A stretch of 39,645 nt of DNA from Pseudobacteriovorax sp. (GTDB lineage: Bacteria; Bdellovibrionota_B; Oligoflexia; Oligoflexales; Oligoflexaceae). The position numbers and the translations under genes are program-made. The notes under the pieces were generated by a model. The model did no database searches. It worked only from the letters and a program-made list of their open reading frames with translations, and had not been told where the DNA came from. Where the stretch lies: the NCBI GenBank assembly GCA_050293845.1, contig JBNKNM010000032.1, forward strand, positions 1 through 39,645, written 5' to 3'. Below are positions 10,546 to 22,454 of the stretch, in pieces (position 1 is the first letter of the stretch; each line of letters opens with the position of its first letter).

Positions 10546-10709
10546 CCCAATTTCTCCATCTTTTGCCAAAAAAACTAGCTTGACTAACTACAAATTGAAA
10601 ATTTATGCAATGGGTTTCTTTCATTGAATTCTAATTGGAAAACCCCCATCGCTTAAAGCTGATAGTTTCTGGTCGGAGCTTACATGATTAGTTAAACAAT
10701 ATCAAATAA

Positions 10710-11510
10710 TTAGCTAGTATGTTGGTTTAGAACAGCAACGCAATAGCCAACACCAAAGGGGGCCTCATAGGACAGAATTTTCGCTCCCATAGTTGGCTTA
10801 TCATGGGCGAATGCCATCACCTCCAAGCTTTCGATGCAGTCTTCCTCAGCGTTCTTGGCAACCTGATCCAGGCTAAGAATATCTTTGAGGCTACCGCTTT
10901 TAATTATATGGCATATTTGCTTGTCAAAGCGGCTCCCGTCAGGATGAAATGGCATAGGAGAGTGATCGCTGAGATTGTGACTGAGGTCGCCAGAGGCAAT
11001 GAGCACGAAATTTTGGGGGTCGTGATCGAGGACCTTTCTAAGAGATTGCACGGCATGATGGACTCCAAGGTAGGGTTTTTGTGCAGGAAAGCCGATGATA
11101 TTTGTTTTACCCTCCCACCCCCGCTGCTGGAGGAACCATAATGGTATAATGGCTCCATGATCAATTTCGATTTTTGGTAATTTTTCAAAGTATTTTGAGG
11201 CATTTAAACTAATTTCTTGAACCAAACTCTGGTCCCAAGGGAGCCTTACTTTCAGGTGAGCGAATCCAAAACTAGAGAGATTCCCACTAATTCTTTGGTT
11301 CACCAGTCCAAACTTATTCGGCAGGCGAGGGGTATGAGGAGAAATCACAATGATTTGATCTGGATTCTGATTGAGAACGTATTGTGCTAGCTGTTCCATT
11401 GCCTTTGTCGTGTTAGAGCAGCAGTGGGCTTGGGACTTTGCAATTTTAGGAATAATTAATGGGGCATGGCTCATCAGGATACTCATAGAAACCGGCATAG
11501 ACTCCCCCAT
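10710..11510 (-). CDS. LigB/MEMO1-fold protein (class III extradiol dioxygenase-like, AmmeMemoRadiSam-associated type)
   Basis: SHAP, ISPHTP, DHG, ASGDLSH, FD, AEEDC, SYEAPFGVGY motifs. Confidence 0.8.
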   Translation of the reverse strand: MGESMPVSMSILMSHAPLIIPKIAKSQAHCCSNTTKAMEQLAQYVLNQNPDQIIVISPHTPRLPNKFGLVNQRISGNLSSFGFAHLKVRLPWDQSLVQEISLNASKYFEKLPKIEIDHGAIIPLWFLQQRGWEGKTNIIGFPAQKPYLGVHHAVQSLRKVLDHDPQNFVLIASGDLSHNLSDHSPMPFHPDGSRFDKQICHIIKSGSLKDILSLDQVAKNAEEDCIESLEVMAFAHDKPTMGAKILSYEAPFGVGYCVAVLNQHTS

Positions 11511-11664
11511 TTATGAAGATCCGGGCAATGAAAGTTTATCGGTTCAGGGTATCCGATGATAAATCTGTTCTGAAAAACACTTACACCTTTGTAAGTTAGA
11601 TTCTTAAAATTCTGGCCGAACGGTGTCATGAGGTTTTTTATTGAATTGCTTGGGATGTGGGCTT

Positions 11665-12102
11665 ATGGCAATCACAGTAATTGATGACGATGAAGAAATA
11701 TTAGAGCTATATAGCGACTATCTCGAAACCTTAGGTTATTCTGATGTCAATCTTTATAGTGAGTCTTATAAGTTTCGCGAAGAAGCTTTCCTTGAACAAG
11801 TTGTAAAGGAATCAGATGTGATTCTGTGTGATATTCGGATGCCTGATTTTGATGGTAAACAAATCATGGATAGTGTTATAGAAATGCGCAAGAAGCTTAA
11901 TAAATATGTACTTTTTATTTTTATTTCTGGAATTCCTAAAGATTATTACCCCTGTACACCAGATGGTTGGGGAGCTTTGGTAAAAGCGGATGATATGATT
12001 GGTAAACCCATTTCCATGGGTGAAATGAAGGAAGTGCTGGAACTCCATGGAGTTTACCCTTTCGATGCCATAATTAGCTCCTTCGATAAACAAACTAGTT
12101 AA
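11665..12102 (+). CDS. Single-domain response regulator
   Basis: VIDDD, CDIRMPDFDG, ISG, KP receiver motifs; alternative TTG start at 11641. Confidence 0.88.
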   Translation: MAITVIDDDEEILELYSDYLETLGYSDVNLYSESYKFREEAFLEQVVKESDVILCDIRMPDFDGKQIMDSVIEMRKKLNKYVLFIFISGIPKDYYPCTPDGWGALVKADDMIGKPISMGEMKEVLELHGVYPFDAIISSFDKQTS

Positions 12103-12172
12103 AATTAGTAAGAGCCTTTAACATCTGCAGGGGTAAGAGTAGACTTAAATAATAAGACTCTTGCCGAGGAGT

Positions 12173-12982
12173 ATGATGGAAACTACGAAATATTACGTTC
12201 ATAACTTAGATCCCATAGCGATAGGCTGGGGAAACTTTGTGCTCCCTTGGTATTGGCTAGCCTATGTTGGTGGTTTTTTTTTCGTATATTTCATGAGTGA
12301 TTATCTGCGAAGAACACAGAAATTGCCGGTGAGTCGCCGTGATTTCATAGATATGATGGTGATTTCGTGGATACTGCTTATTGTTGGTGGCAGGGGATTC
12401 TATGCAATAGTTTATAATTTTACCTATTTTGCTACTAACCCCCTTGAACTCTTTTCCATTTGGAAAGGGGGAATGAGTTTTCATGGTGGTCTTTTAGGAG
12501 CTTTGTTAGGAGTATACATTATATCTACGTGGCGAAATATATCCTTTTTTTTGCTTACAGATTTGATTGCAATCTCTTGCCCTATAGTTATTGGTTTGGG
12601 GCGGGTCGCAAATTTTATCAATGGTGAGCTGGTCGGGAGGGTATCGGACGTTCCTTGGGCAGTTATTTTTGAAAAAACCTATGATATTAGTCCCAGACAT
12701 CCTAGTCAGCTTTATGAGGCTTTGGGTGAAGGCTTATTATTATTTCTCTTTCTTTTTTGGAAAAGGCAAAAGCTTTCATCAGCCCCCAAGGGAACCCTAT
12801 CCTGCTTTTTTTTAATCTTCTATGGCTTCATTCGCTTCATTCTAGAGTTTTTTAGAGCCCCAGACTTACAATTAGGTTTTTATATGGGGGTGTTTACAAT
12901 GGGGCAGTTATTATCGATTAGTATGATTATATTTGGAGTTATTATCTATATCAGTAGAACGATGCCTAGGCGGAGGGTTTAA
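12173..12982 (+). CDS. lgt: Prolipoprotein diacylglyceryl transferase
   Basis: GGMSFHGG, GRVANFINGELVGR, RHPSQLYE, RFILEFFR, TMGQLLS. Confidence 0.97.
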   Translation: MMETTKYYVHNLDPIAIGWGNFVLPWYWLAYVGGFFFVYFMSDYLRRTQKLPVSRRDFIDMMVISWILLIVGGRGFYAIVYNFTYFATNPLELFSIWKGGMSFHGGLLGALLGVYIISTWRNISFFLLTDLIAISCPIVIGLGRVANFINGELVGRVSDVPWAVIFEKTYDISPRHPSQLYEALGEGLLLFLFLFWKRQKLSSAPKGTLSCFFLIFYGFIRFILEFFRAPDLQLGFYMGVFTMGQLLSISMIIFGVIIYISRTMPRRRV

Positions 12983-14153
12983 CGTATTTAGCTATCAGAG
13001 AAAGTTTTTCTTCTGCTTTTGGAAATTCTGGTTTCAGTTTCAAACATTCATGCAATAATTCCTCTGCTTTTTTGAGGTGATCGGGACTTTTTAAGTTAAT
13101 GTGAGCAATAGCCATATTATAGAGTATACGGTAGATTTCTTTGGAATTTGGAATCAGCTTCCTGGCTTTATCATATTCATCTATAGCATTGATAAATTGG
13201 TTTTGCTTCGAATAGAAAACACCACGATTATTAAAATGTCGGATTAGCTCTATAGCTCCTGTAGTATCCTTGCAGAAATTCTTTGCTTCCATGAGATATC
13301 CACCTTTCTGCAATTCTTCCAAGAATTTAAACTTTAGCTCGGGGTCTTCGGGGTTGTTTCTCATAAGCTGTTTAAATTTTTCTATACTTTTTTCTGGCAG
13401 CTTCATCTTCAGATACAGGGAAGCCATTTCTTCGACTCTTTGCAAGTTATCTGGAGCCAATTTATCCGCGATTTCGTAAAATTTTCTTGAATCCTCTAAA
13501 TGACCCATGCGCATATGCAGTCTGGCGATTTGACTTACATACTGCAAATTTTTCTTGTCGGATTGGTAGAGCTCATTGGCAAGATTGAGGGCTCGGGGAA
13601 ATTGTTCACATTTTTCGTTTATTTCGGCTGCCATAAATTGGCCTTTATGGCCAGAATTTACCAGTTTAGTTTCAGCTATATTGATAGCATTTTCAAAGTC
13701 ACCCTTTTCAATCATGGGTTCAACAACATTGATGGAAAGCTCATGAAGTGTTTGACGCTGATAAGCCTCCTCCATCGCTTTGACGATCAAACTTAATAGG
13801 GCTGGCTCTTTGATCGGTTTACTGATGACACAAGAAGTGCCTAATTCTCTTAATATATGTTGATCTTTATCGGATTTAGTATTTGAACTCAGGATAAAAC
13901 CAGGATTTCTTTTTGAAGGGATTTCATGGTTGCGAAATTTCTGGATCAAAATGACGCCAGGTATGGATTCCACTTCTTTCTCAATAATACATAAATCTAT
14001 TTTATTATGGTTGAAGTGATAAAGTGCCTGATCATATGATGTTGCTTTAACCACAGGGATTTTCCTGTTTTCAAGCATGGTAGCCACCTGGTTTACGACC
14101 ATTTGATCATGATCAATGATGAGTATTTTTTTAGGAAATCGATTATCACTCAT
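12966..14153 (-). CDS. Pseudo-receiver + TPR protein
   Basis: KILIIDHD...DLCIIEK...ISKPI N-terminal domain; TPR motifs (FNNRGVFYSK, LYNMAIAH, CLKLKPEF). Confidence 0.8.
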   Translation of the reverse strand: MSDNRFPKKILIIDHDQMVVNQVATMLENRKIPVVKATSYDQALYHFNHNKIDLCIIEKEVESIPGVILIQKFRNHEIPSKRNPGFILSSNTKSDKDQHILRELGTSCVISKPIKEPALLSLIVKAMEEAYQRQTLHELSINVVEPMIEKGDFENAINIAETKLVNSGHKGQFMAAEINEKCEQFPRALNLANELYQSDKKNLQYVSQIARLHMRMGHLEDSRKFYEIADKLAPDNLQRVEEMASLYLKMKLPEKSIEKFKQLMRNNPEDPELKFKFLEELQKGGYLMEAKNFCKDTTGAIELIRHFNNRGVFYSKQNQFINAIDEYDKARKLIPNSKEIYRILYNMAIAHINLKSPDHLKKAEELLHECLKLKPEFPKAEEKLSLIAKYVKPSA

Positions 14154-14263
14154 GAGCCTAACCTACCAAGTCGTATTGCGGTTCTATCGGTGGCAAGTGG
14201 CAAAAATCAATGGGGAGGTGGCTCATTGGATTAAAATGTTTTTAACCCAATGATGATATTAAA

Positions 14264-15538
14264 TTATTTATTTATCTCGAGAGCTAGGTGTGGGTTATTA
14301 AACACGTTTTGGTCGATGGCTACTTCGCCTTTGGCGATGATGCAGCTAACAACGGCATCGCCTGTTACATTCACAGCTGTACGCAACATATCAAGCAGAC
14401 GGTCGATACCAATGATCAAGCCGATGCCTTCAACGGGTAATCCCACTTGATTCAGAACCATTGCTAATGTAATCAAACCTACCCCAGGAACTCCAGCGGT
14501 ACCTATGGAAGCGAGGGTTGCTGTAACGATCACCATAAGAAAATCGGTGAAATCCATTGGAATCTGATAAGCTTGTGCAATAAATACTGTAGCTACCCCT
14601 TGCATGATAGAGGTGCCGTCCATATTGATCGTAGCACCTAAAGGAACGGTAAAAGAAGCAATTTTATTATGCACACCTAGTTTATTCTCTACAATTTGCA
14701 ATGTGATAGGAATGGTAGCGTTGCTGCTTGCTGTTGAAAATGCATACAACCATGCTTCTTTTATTTTTTTGAAAAACATGCTCACACTAAGCCCGGTAAA
14801 TATTTTAAAAATGATCCCATAGCTAAACAACAAATGGATAATCAAAGCAAAAACCACTACGAAAAAATACTTCAAAAGAGGGACAATGGCAGAAAATCCC
14901 AACGTGGCAAATATTTTTGTCACCAAACAAAAAACCCCGATGGGTGCGATCATCATGAGAATACTGAGTACGTTCATGACAACAACATTAGCTTCTTTTA
15001 CCCAAATTAAGATATTTTGTGTTTTAGACCCACCTACATTAATGCCTAAACCGACTAAGATAGAAAAAGTGATAACCTGTAGCATGTTTCCTTCTGTCAT
15101 TGCTTTGAGTGGGTTAGAAGGAATGAGATCGATCAGTATTTGTGCGAATGGAGGCGCTTCTTTTGTAGTGAAAGCAGCAGAGCTGGTCAATTCAATCCCT
15201 TCACCAGGTGAAGCGATCAATGCTAGGCATAACGCCAAGGTGATAGCGATTGCCGTTGTTGCAAGATAAAAAAACAGAGTTTTTCCCCCAACCCGACCCA
15301 GCTGACTGAGGTCAGATAAGGATGTGACCCCTTCAATGAGCGATAAAAAAACCAAAGGTACAACCAGCATTTTGAGTGAGCGTATAAAAATATCCCCGCC
15401 AACTCTAAGTATACCTTCCAAAACCCAAGTTTTGACCCAAGATAGCTCAACATGGGCTAGCAGGAGTCCTATAGCTACTCCAAAAATCATTGATAAGACA
15501 ATGTTTCGGGTTAAGTTTTTATTAACCAATGCTTTCAT
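14264..15538 (-). CDS. Dicarboxylate/amino acid:cation symporter (DAACS)
   Basis: AFSTASSNATIP, PLGATINMDG, ASIGTAGVPG, IDRLLDMLRTAVNVTGD. Confidence 0.96.
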   Translation of the reverse strand: MKALVNKNLTRNIVLSMIFGVAIGLLLAHVELSWVKTWVLEGILRVGGDIFIRSLKMLVVPLVFLSLIEGVTSLSDLSQLGRVGGKTLFFYLATTAIAITLALCLALIASPGEGIELTSSAAFTTKEAPPFAQILIDLIPSNPLKAMTEGNMLQVITFSILVGLGINVGGSKTQNILIWVKEANVVVMNVLSILMMIAPIGVFCLVTKIFATLGFSAIVPLLKYFFVVVFALIIHLLFSYGIIFKIFTGLSVSMFFKKIKEAWLYAFSTASSNATIPITLQIVENKLGVHNKIASFTVPLGATINMDGTSIMQGVATVFIAQAYQIPMDFTDFLMVIVTATLASIGTAGVPGVGLITLAMVLNQVGLPVEGIGLIIGIDRLLDMLRTAVNVTGDAVVSCIIAKGEVAIDQNVFNNPHLALEINK

Positions 15539-15580
15539 CTGACCCTCGCTATTTTGACTGAATGATTTTATTCGCTCCCT

Positions 15581-15609
15581 AATGTATCGACTCTCCCAAA
15601 GCTTGTCAA
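15581..15609 (-). promoter_or_regulatory. sigma70 promoter for the DAACS gene
   Basis: TTGACA-17 nt-TACATT on the minus strand, ~40 nt upstream of the ATG. Confidence 0.65.
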
Positions 15610-15803
15610 AATAAGGGGGAGTTTATGGTATATCCGTTTTCCATGCCTTATAAGACACATAGGGCAAAACAAATGTGTGCATTAGGTCACAGTCATAAAA
15701 GGATCTATCGCCATAATATATGGTAATGAAAGAAAAAAAATCTGGAAAGAATCCTGCATGGGGTGTCTTGTCTTAATGATTGCTGGATTAGGAGGAGATA
15801 ACC

Positions 15804-16271
15804 ATGAAACGGCTACTGCTTGGCTTAATTTTTTTCGGTTGGACAGCTCAAACTTTTGCTGAAGAGGTGAGGGTAAACAGAATTCCCCGTAAAAAATTTA
15901 TCAAGATTGATGTGGGGGAAGATGAACCCTTTAATGAACAAAAATATCGTCATGATTTGCAGCATAGTAAATACGACTATAGGTCTCATAATTATGCTAA
16001 CCGGAAGTTACGGCGCAGAATGAGGCAGCTGGAGTTAGCAGTGAGACAACTACAAGACGAGGTTTTTATTCTTAGGGAAAGCCAACATAGCCGCCTTGTT
16101 CTGCATTACTCCTGTATACTTGATGCGGGGCATCATGGGTTTTATTTGGGAAAAGCTTCGACTCGTAATGAAGCAAAGGTCCTCGCTTATCAAAAGTGCT
16201 CCCAGAAGAAGGGTGATTTTTGGTGTAGCGGCAAGCCCATGACATGTGAACAGGAAGAATTGACTCACTAA
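15804..16271 (+). CDS. Secreted hypothetical protein (signal peptide, coiled coil, 4-Cys C-terminal domain)
   Basis: AGGAGGAG RBS; AQTFA cleavage-like site; RRMRQLELAVRQLQDE coil; C...C..C..C pattern. Confidence 0.8.
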   Translation: MKRLLLGLIFFGWTAQTFAEEVRVNRIPRKKFIKIDVGEDEPFNEQKYRHDLQHSKYDYRSHNYANRKLRRRMRQLELAVRQLQDEVFILRESQHSRLVLHYSCILDAGHHGFYLGKASTRNEAKVLAYQKCSQKKGDFWCSGKPMTCEQEELTH

Positions 16272-16296
16272 AACAAGCTGCTCCCCCATGTTTTAA

Positions 16297-16414
16297 GAGA
16301 TTCAAAAAAACATGGGTGCAAGGCTTGGCAAGCTTACTAAATCGCAGCGTACTCAGGTAGGTGAGGATTCGCAAGGTTGGCATGACGTAGCAAGCGAAGA
16401 ATTTTTCGGATTCC
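16297..16414. repeat. Possible degenerate MITE-like palindromic intergenic element
   Basis: Imperfect terminal inverted repeats GAGATTCAAAAA / TTTTTCGGATTCC and a central imperfect palindrome AATCGCAGCGTAC-TCAG-GTAGGTGAGGATT, between convergent genes. Confidence 0.4.
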
Positions 16415-16440
16415 AGCTGTGAGCAGTCCCTTTCTTGTCA

Positions 16441-18555
<2,115 letters not shown>

Positions 18556-18652
18556 TCAGACTTTTTCGATGGGAACAACAAACCAAGGTGTGATGGGGTA
18601 GGGGGGGGCGAGCACAGACTGTGCTCTTGGCAGAGGGGGGGACCCTCATATT

Positions 18653-20017
18653 TTAGTATTTGTAATCGTTGGTTTTATAAGGTCCTTCGACAGGAACATT
18701 AATGTATTCAGCTTGAGCTGGCGTCATCTTAGTAATAACTCCCCCGAAGCCACCAACCATGTATGCAGCCACTTCTTCATCCAGTTTTTTCGGTAATACC
18801 CTAACATAGATAGGTTCACGACTGGATTTATCTTGATTGTTCCAAGCTTCTTTGTAGAGATACATTTGGGCGAGAACTTGGTTAGAAAACGAGCCATCCA
18901 TGATTCTACTGGGGTGACCCGTAGCGTTGCCTAAATTCACCAAACGACCTTCTGAAAGTAAGATCAGATAATCATTAGTTTCACGGTCCCGATATATTTT
19001 GTGTACTTGCGGTTTGATCTCTTCCCAGTCATAGCTATCTCTTAAAAATGGGGTATCGATTTCATTGTCAAAGTGTCCGATGTTACAAACCACAGCTCCC
19101 GATTTTAAGGTTGCGAGCATATGTTTGTCACAAACATTGATATTGCCTGTAGTCGTCACAATAAGATCAGTATTTTCTAAAAGAGTCTTATTGATATCTT
19201 CTAGCTTGCCTGTGTTGATACCATTTTTATAAGGGGAAACAACTTCATAGCCATCCATACAGGCTTGCATCGCACAAATGGGGTCGATTTCGGAAATACG
19301 GACAATCATCCCCTCTTGCCGTAAACTTTGTGCCGATCCTTTACCAACATCTCCATACCCCACAACCAAAGCTTTCTTTCCTGAAAGAAGTATATCGGTT
19401 CCTCGTTTGATGGCGTCATTTAAACTATGGCGGCAGCCATATTTATTATCATTCTTTGACTTGGTAATAGAATCGTTGACATTGATACAAGGAACTTTGA
19501 GTGTGCCCTTGTCTAACATTTCCAAGAGTCTGTGGACGCCAGTAGTGGTTTCTTCTGTAATACCGTGGATAGATTCGAGCATCTGTGGGTATTTTTCATG
19601 GACCATGCCAGTAAGATCACCGCCGTCATCAAGAATCATATTGGCATCCCAAGGTTTACCATCTTTAAGGATAGTTTGCTCAATACACCATTCACCTTCT
19701 TCAACGGTTTGACCTTTCCAAGCATAAACTGGGACACCAGCTGCTGCCATGGCTGCGGCAGCATGGTCTTGGGTTGAGAAGATATTACATGAAGACCAAC
19801 GCACCTCTGCGCCTAATTCAATCAGAGTTTCTATTAAAACTGCAGTTTGAATCGTCATATGAATACAGCCGATGATTTTAGCCCCTTGTAAAGGCTTAGA
19901 CTTACCGTATGTATTTCTCAGTGTCATCAATCCTGGCATTTCTTGTTCAGCAAGAAGGATTTCGCGACGACCGAAGTCGGCAAGGGAAATGTCCGCAACT
20001 TTATAATCTTGACTCAT
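18653..20017 (-). CDS. ahcY: Adenosylhomocysteinase
   Basis: [63 protein letters not shown]. Confidence 0.98.
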   Translation of the reverse strand: MSQDYKVADISLADFGRREILLAEQEMPGLMTLRNTYGKSKPLQGAKIIGCIHMTIQTAVLIETLIELGAEVRWSSCNIFSTQDHAAAAMAAAGVPVYAWKGQTVEEGEWCIEQTILKDGKPWDANMILDDGGDLTGMVHEKYPQMLESIHGITEETTTGVHRLLEMLDKGTLKVPCINVNDSITKSKNDNKYGCRHSLNDAIKRGTDILLSGKKALVVGYGDVGKGSAQSLRQEGMIVRISEIDPICAMQACMDGYEVVSPYKNGINTGKLEDINKTLLENTDLIVTTTGNINVCDKHMLATLKSGAVVCNIGHFDNEIDTPFLRDSYDWEEIKPQVHKIYRDRETNDYLILLSEGRLVNLGNATGHPSRIMDGSFSNQVLAQMYLYKEAWNNQDKSSREPIYVRVLPKKLDEEVAAYMVGGFGGVITKMTPAQAEYINVPVEGPYKTNDYKY

Positions 20018-20050
20018 AATTTACTCCTCAAATTTAGGTGATAGCTCGAT

Positions 20051-21022
20051 TCATACCAAATGTTTTCGATATACTTTTATTTGGATCTGGAAACCATTTT
20101 TCAGACCCAGAAATAAATGATGTTCTAGGGTAAGCTGAGAGTCTTGTGCCCACTCATCAAGTTCAGTTGGGGGAAACCCTAACCACACATCTCCGCAGCT
20201 TTCCTTGACCCAATCTTGATGGTGGTCGCAAAGGTCAGCTATCAAAAGACAGCCTTCTTTTGCTAAAAGTTCAGCACATAGCTTTAGTTTTTGAGCAGGA
20301 TCAGAAAAGTGATGTAATACCATGTTAAGGACTAAAAGATTAACGTCTAGGGCAAAGTTTTCCTTAAGATCCTCAACCTCTCCTTCAATAAAGTCTACTC
20401 CCGATTGATTTTGGTTCAAAAGTAGGCGACTCTTAGCCAGCATTTCCGACGAATTATCTAATGCAATAACCCGCTCAAAATGCTGACATAAAAATAAGAG
20501 AAGTTCTCCTTCTCCAGGACCAATCTCAATGGCTAGATGTCCAGGATTTGGGTGGAGGTGATGTATGAGATCTTCGAGAGCTCCCGAGTACTGGCTATAC
20601 TGAGCGATGCGCCCTTGTTCCTGCTTAAATCGATTAGCATTTTTTGTAAAAAAACTTTTAGATAGTGCACCACGGTGACTATGAATTTCTTTAATTCTTT
20701 CTTCGATATTTTGAGCTAGGGGGATCTGATCAATAGTTTCATAGAGTGTGGCAATAATCCCCTGCAAAGGGGAAGCCTGGAAAAAAACCTGCCTCCGATA
20801 AAACAACGAGTTGGCTTCTCGTCTCGCTACAATTAGTCCGGCTCTAGATAATATTTTTAGGTGATGGCTCATTCCTGGCTGAGGCATGGAAAATATGCTT
20901 GCTAGTTCTTGGACACCAAAAGAAGACATTTTTAAAACCCTTAAAATCTCAATTCTGAGGGTGTCACCTACAGATTTTAATAAGTTTGCGATTTCTTCTG
21001 TCGTTAATCCCATAAAACTCAC
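20051..21022 (-). CDS. sahR: ArsR-HTH + SAM-methyltransferase-fold regulator (SahR-type) upstream of ahcY
   Basis: N-terminal VQELA...QPGMSHHLKIL HTH; C-terminal EIGPGEG, LDNS, NMVLHH, CGDVWLGF; co-oriented directly upstream of ahcY. Confidence 0.85.
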   Translation of the reverse strand: MSFMGLTTEEIANLLKSVGDTLRIEILRVLKMSSFGVQELASIFSMPQPGMSHHLKILSRAGLIVARREANSLFYRRQVFFQASPLQGIIATLYETIDQIPLAQNIEERIKEIHSHRGALSKSFFTKNANRFKQEQGRIAQYSQYSGALEDLIHHLHPNPGHLAIEIGPGEGELLLFLCQHFERVIALDNSSEMLAKSRLLLNQNQSGVDFIEGEVEDLKENFALDVNLLVLNMVLHHFSDPAQKLKLCAELLAKEGCLLIADLCDHHQDWVKESCGDVWLGFPPTELDEWAQDSQLTLEHHLFLGLKNGFQIQIKVYRKHLV

Positions 21023-21050
21023 TGTACCATTTCTATGTGGTAAGAATCCC

Positions 21051-21119
21051 AGCTTAAAGGGTTATCGGCTGAATGTCAAAACAATATAAAAATATTTTAA
21101 TATTCAAAAATATTTATAT
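21051..21119 (-). promoter_or_regulatory. sigma70 promoter of sahR-ahcY plus tandem candidate SahR operators
   Basis: TTGACA (21079-21074)-17-TAAGCT (21056-21051); overlapping 20-bp near-palindromes ATATAAAAATATTTTAATAT (21084-21103) and ATATTCAAAAATATTTATAT (21100-21119). Confidence 0.65.
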
Positions 21120-21214
21120 TTCAGTAGCTGCTTCTATCCTGTAATATAAGAGGCTTATGGGATAATATAGCCATCCTGAATTTGAATATGAGCTGATAAT
21201 TTAAAGGAATATTT

Positions 21215-21793
21215 ATGAGAGAACCAGGTCCAGCCTATGAATTTCTGATGTCCCGTAAAAGCACAGCATTGTTAAAAGGACCGGGTCCTAATGAGGAAGA
21301 ACTTAATAAAATCATTCAGATAGCATGTACTGCCCCAGATCATGGACGGCTGTACCCCTTCCGATTTGTTGCCGTCCAGGGGGAACAGCAGCAGGTATTA
21401 GGGGAGGTTTTTGCAGCTACAGTTCGTAGGGAGCAACCAGATGCTTCGGAATTCCTTGTGGAAAAGGCCAGGGCCAAAGCCTTGGCGGCACCACTGCAAG
21501 TTTATGTTTTTTGTGTAAAAAGGGAGGGGAAGATTCCCCATTGGGAACAGCAAGCCGCTGCAGCTTGTAGCGCCTTTGGTATTGCCTTGGGAGCCCACGC
21601 TCTGGGGTATGGCGCTATCTGGAAAAGCTTTGGAATGGCTATTGGTCGCGAGTTTATAGAGTTTTTTAATATCAAGCCCCATGAAACTTTGATGGGCTGG
21701 GTAAACTTAGGGACTTCTCTCAAAGCTGATGGAAAATTGAGAGCACCGGTTCCCCTTGATGACAAACTTAGCTTGATGGGGCATTTCAAATAA
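21215..21793 (+). CDS. Nitroreductase family protein (YdjA-like)
   Basis: SRKS, APDHGRLYPFRF, IPHWEQ, ALGYGAIWKS, GWVNLGT. Confidence 0.9.
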   Translation: MREPGPAYEFLMSRKSTALLKGPGPNEEELNKIIQIACTAPDHGRLYPFRFVAVQGEQQQVLGEVFAATVRREQPDASEFLVEKARAKALAAPLQVYVFCVKREGKIPHWEQQAAAACSAFGIALGAHALGYGAIWKSFGMAIGREFIEFFNIKPHETLMGWVNLGTSLKADGKLRAPVPLDDKLSLMGHFK

Positions 21794-22454
21794 CCGTACA
21801 AAGAAAAATAGGCAAGTCAGTGTATATTTTGCTTCTTTAGTTTGTCTGGGAGAAACTTGCATCATGGTAGAATGTTTTCCTAGTAGGGCTTATGAGGTGG
21901 GTGATAGTATTTCCTGGATATTACTAGCGGTATTTAGAAAAATTAGATCGAGATCACTTCACTACATAGGTTTCTCCTCTGTAATTTATGCATAAAATGA
22001 TAAAATCTTGTTTTTTTGCACCAAGAAAATTTTGCTATACCTTTGGAAGAGGGGAGGAGGATTCGGTCTTGTTTGTTTTCTTCTTGAAGGTCAGAAGCAC
22101 TGCTGTAAAATGCTTTTAGCAGATAACACCGTTCGCATTTTATGCAAATCTTCGCTAATTGTGGTTAATTTTCTCTTAACGTAATGGTTAAATATTATAA
22201 AGTTTCTTTCTTAAAAATTTCAATCCGTGGTAAAAGTTCATCGCTTTAAAGATAAGTTCGCAGTTAACTTTCGTACCATGGGATACCCTTTTCAGGGGAA
22301 AGGTCTAGTCATAGGGGGCCATCATTAGACTCTATGGTGGTTTTCTCTTGTACGCGTGGGAAGGCAAGTACTTGCGTGACTTGGTTTAAAGAGACCTTAT
22401 TGCCTTTTGATTGTTGGTATCTCAAATCTTCTTAGATTAGTGTAGGAGTTTTTA

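Noticed and set aside
18595..18641. G-runs around a GAGCACAG/CTGTGCTC inverted repeat (possible G-quadruplex or terminator)
   Set aside because: Single occurrence, no U-tract, nothing supports a function
21062..21069. Perfect sigma28 -10 (GCCGATAA) on the minus strand before sahR
   Set aside because: No matching -35, and it lies in the spacer of a good sigma70 promoter
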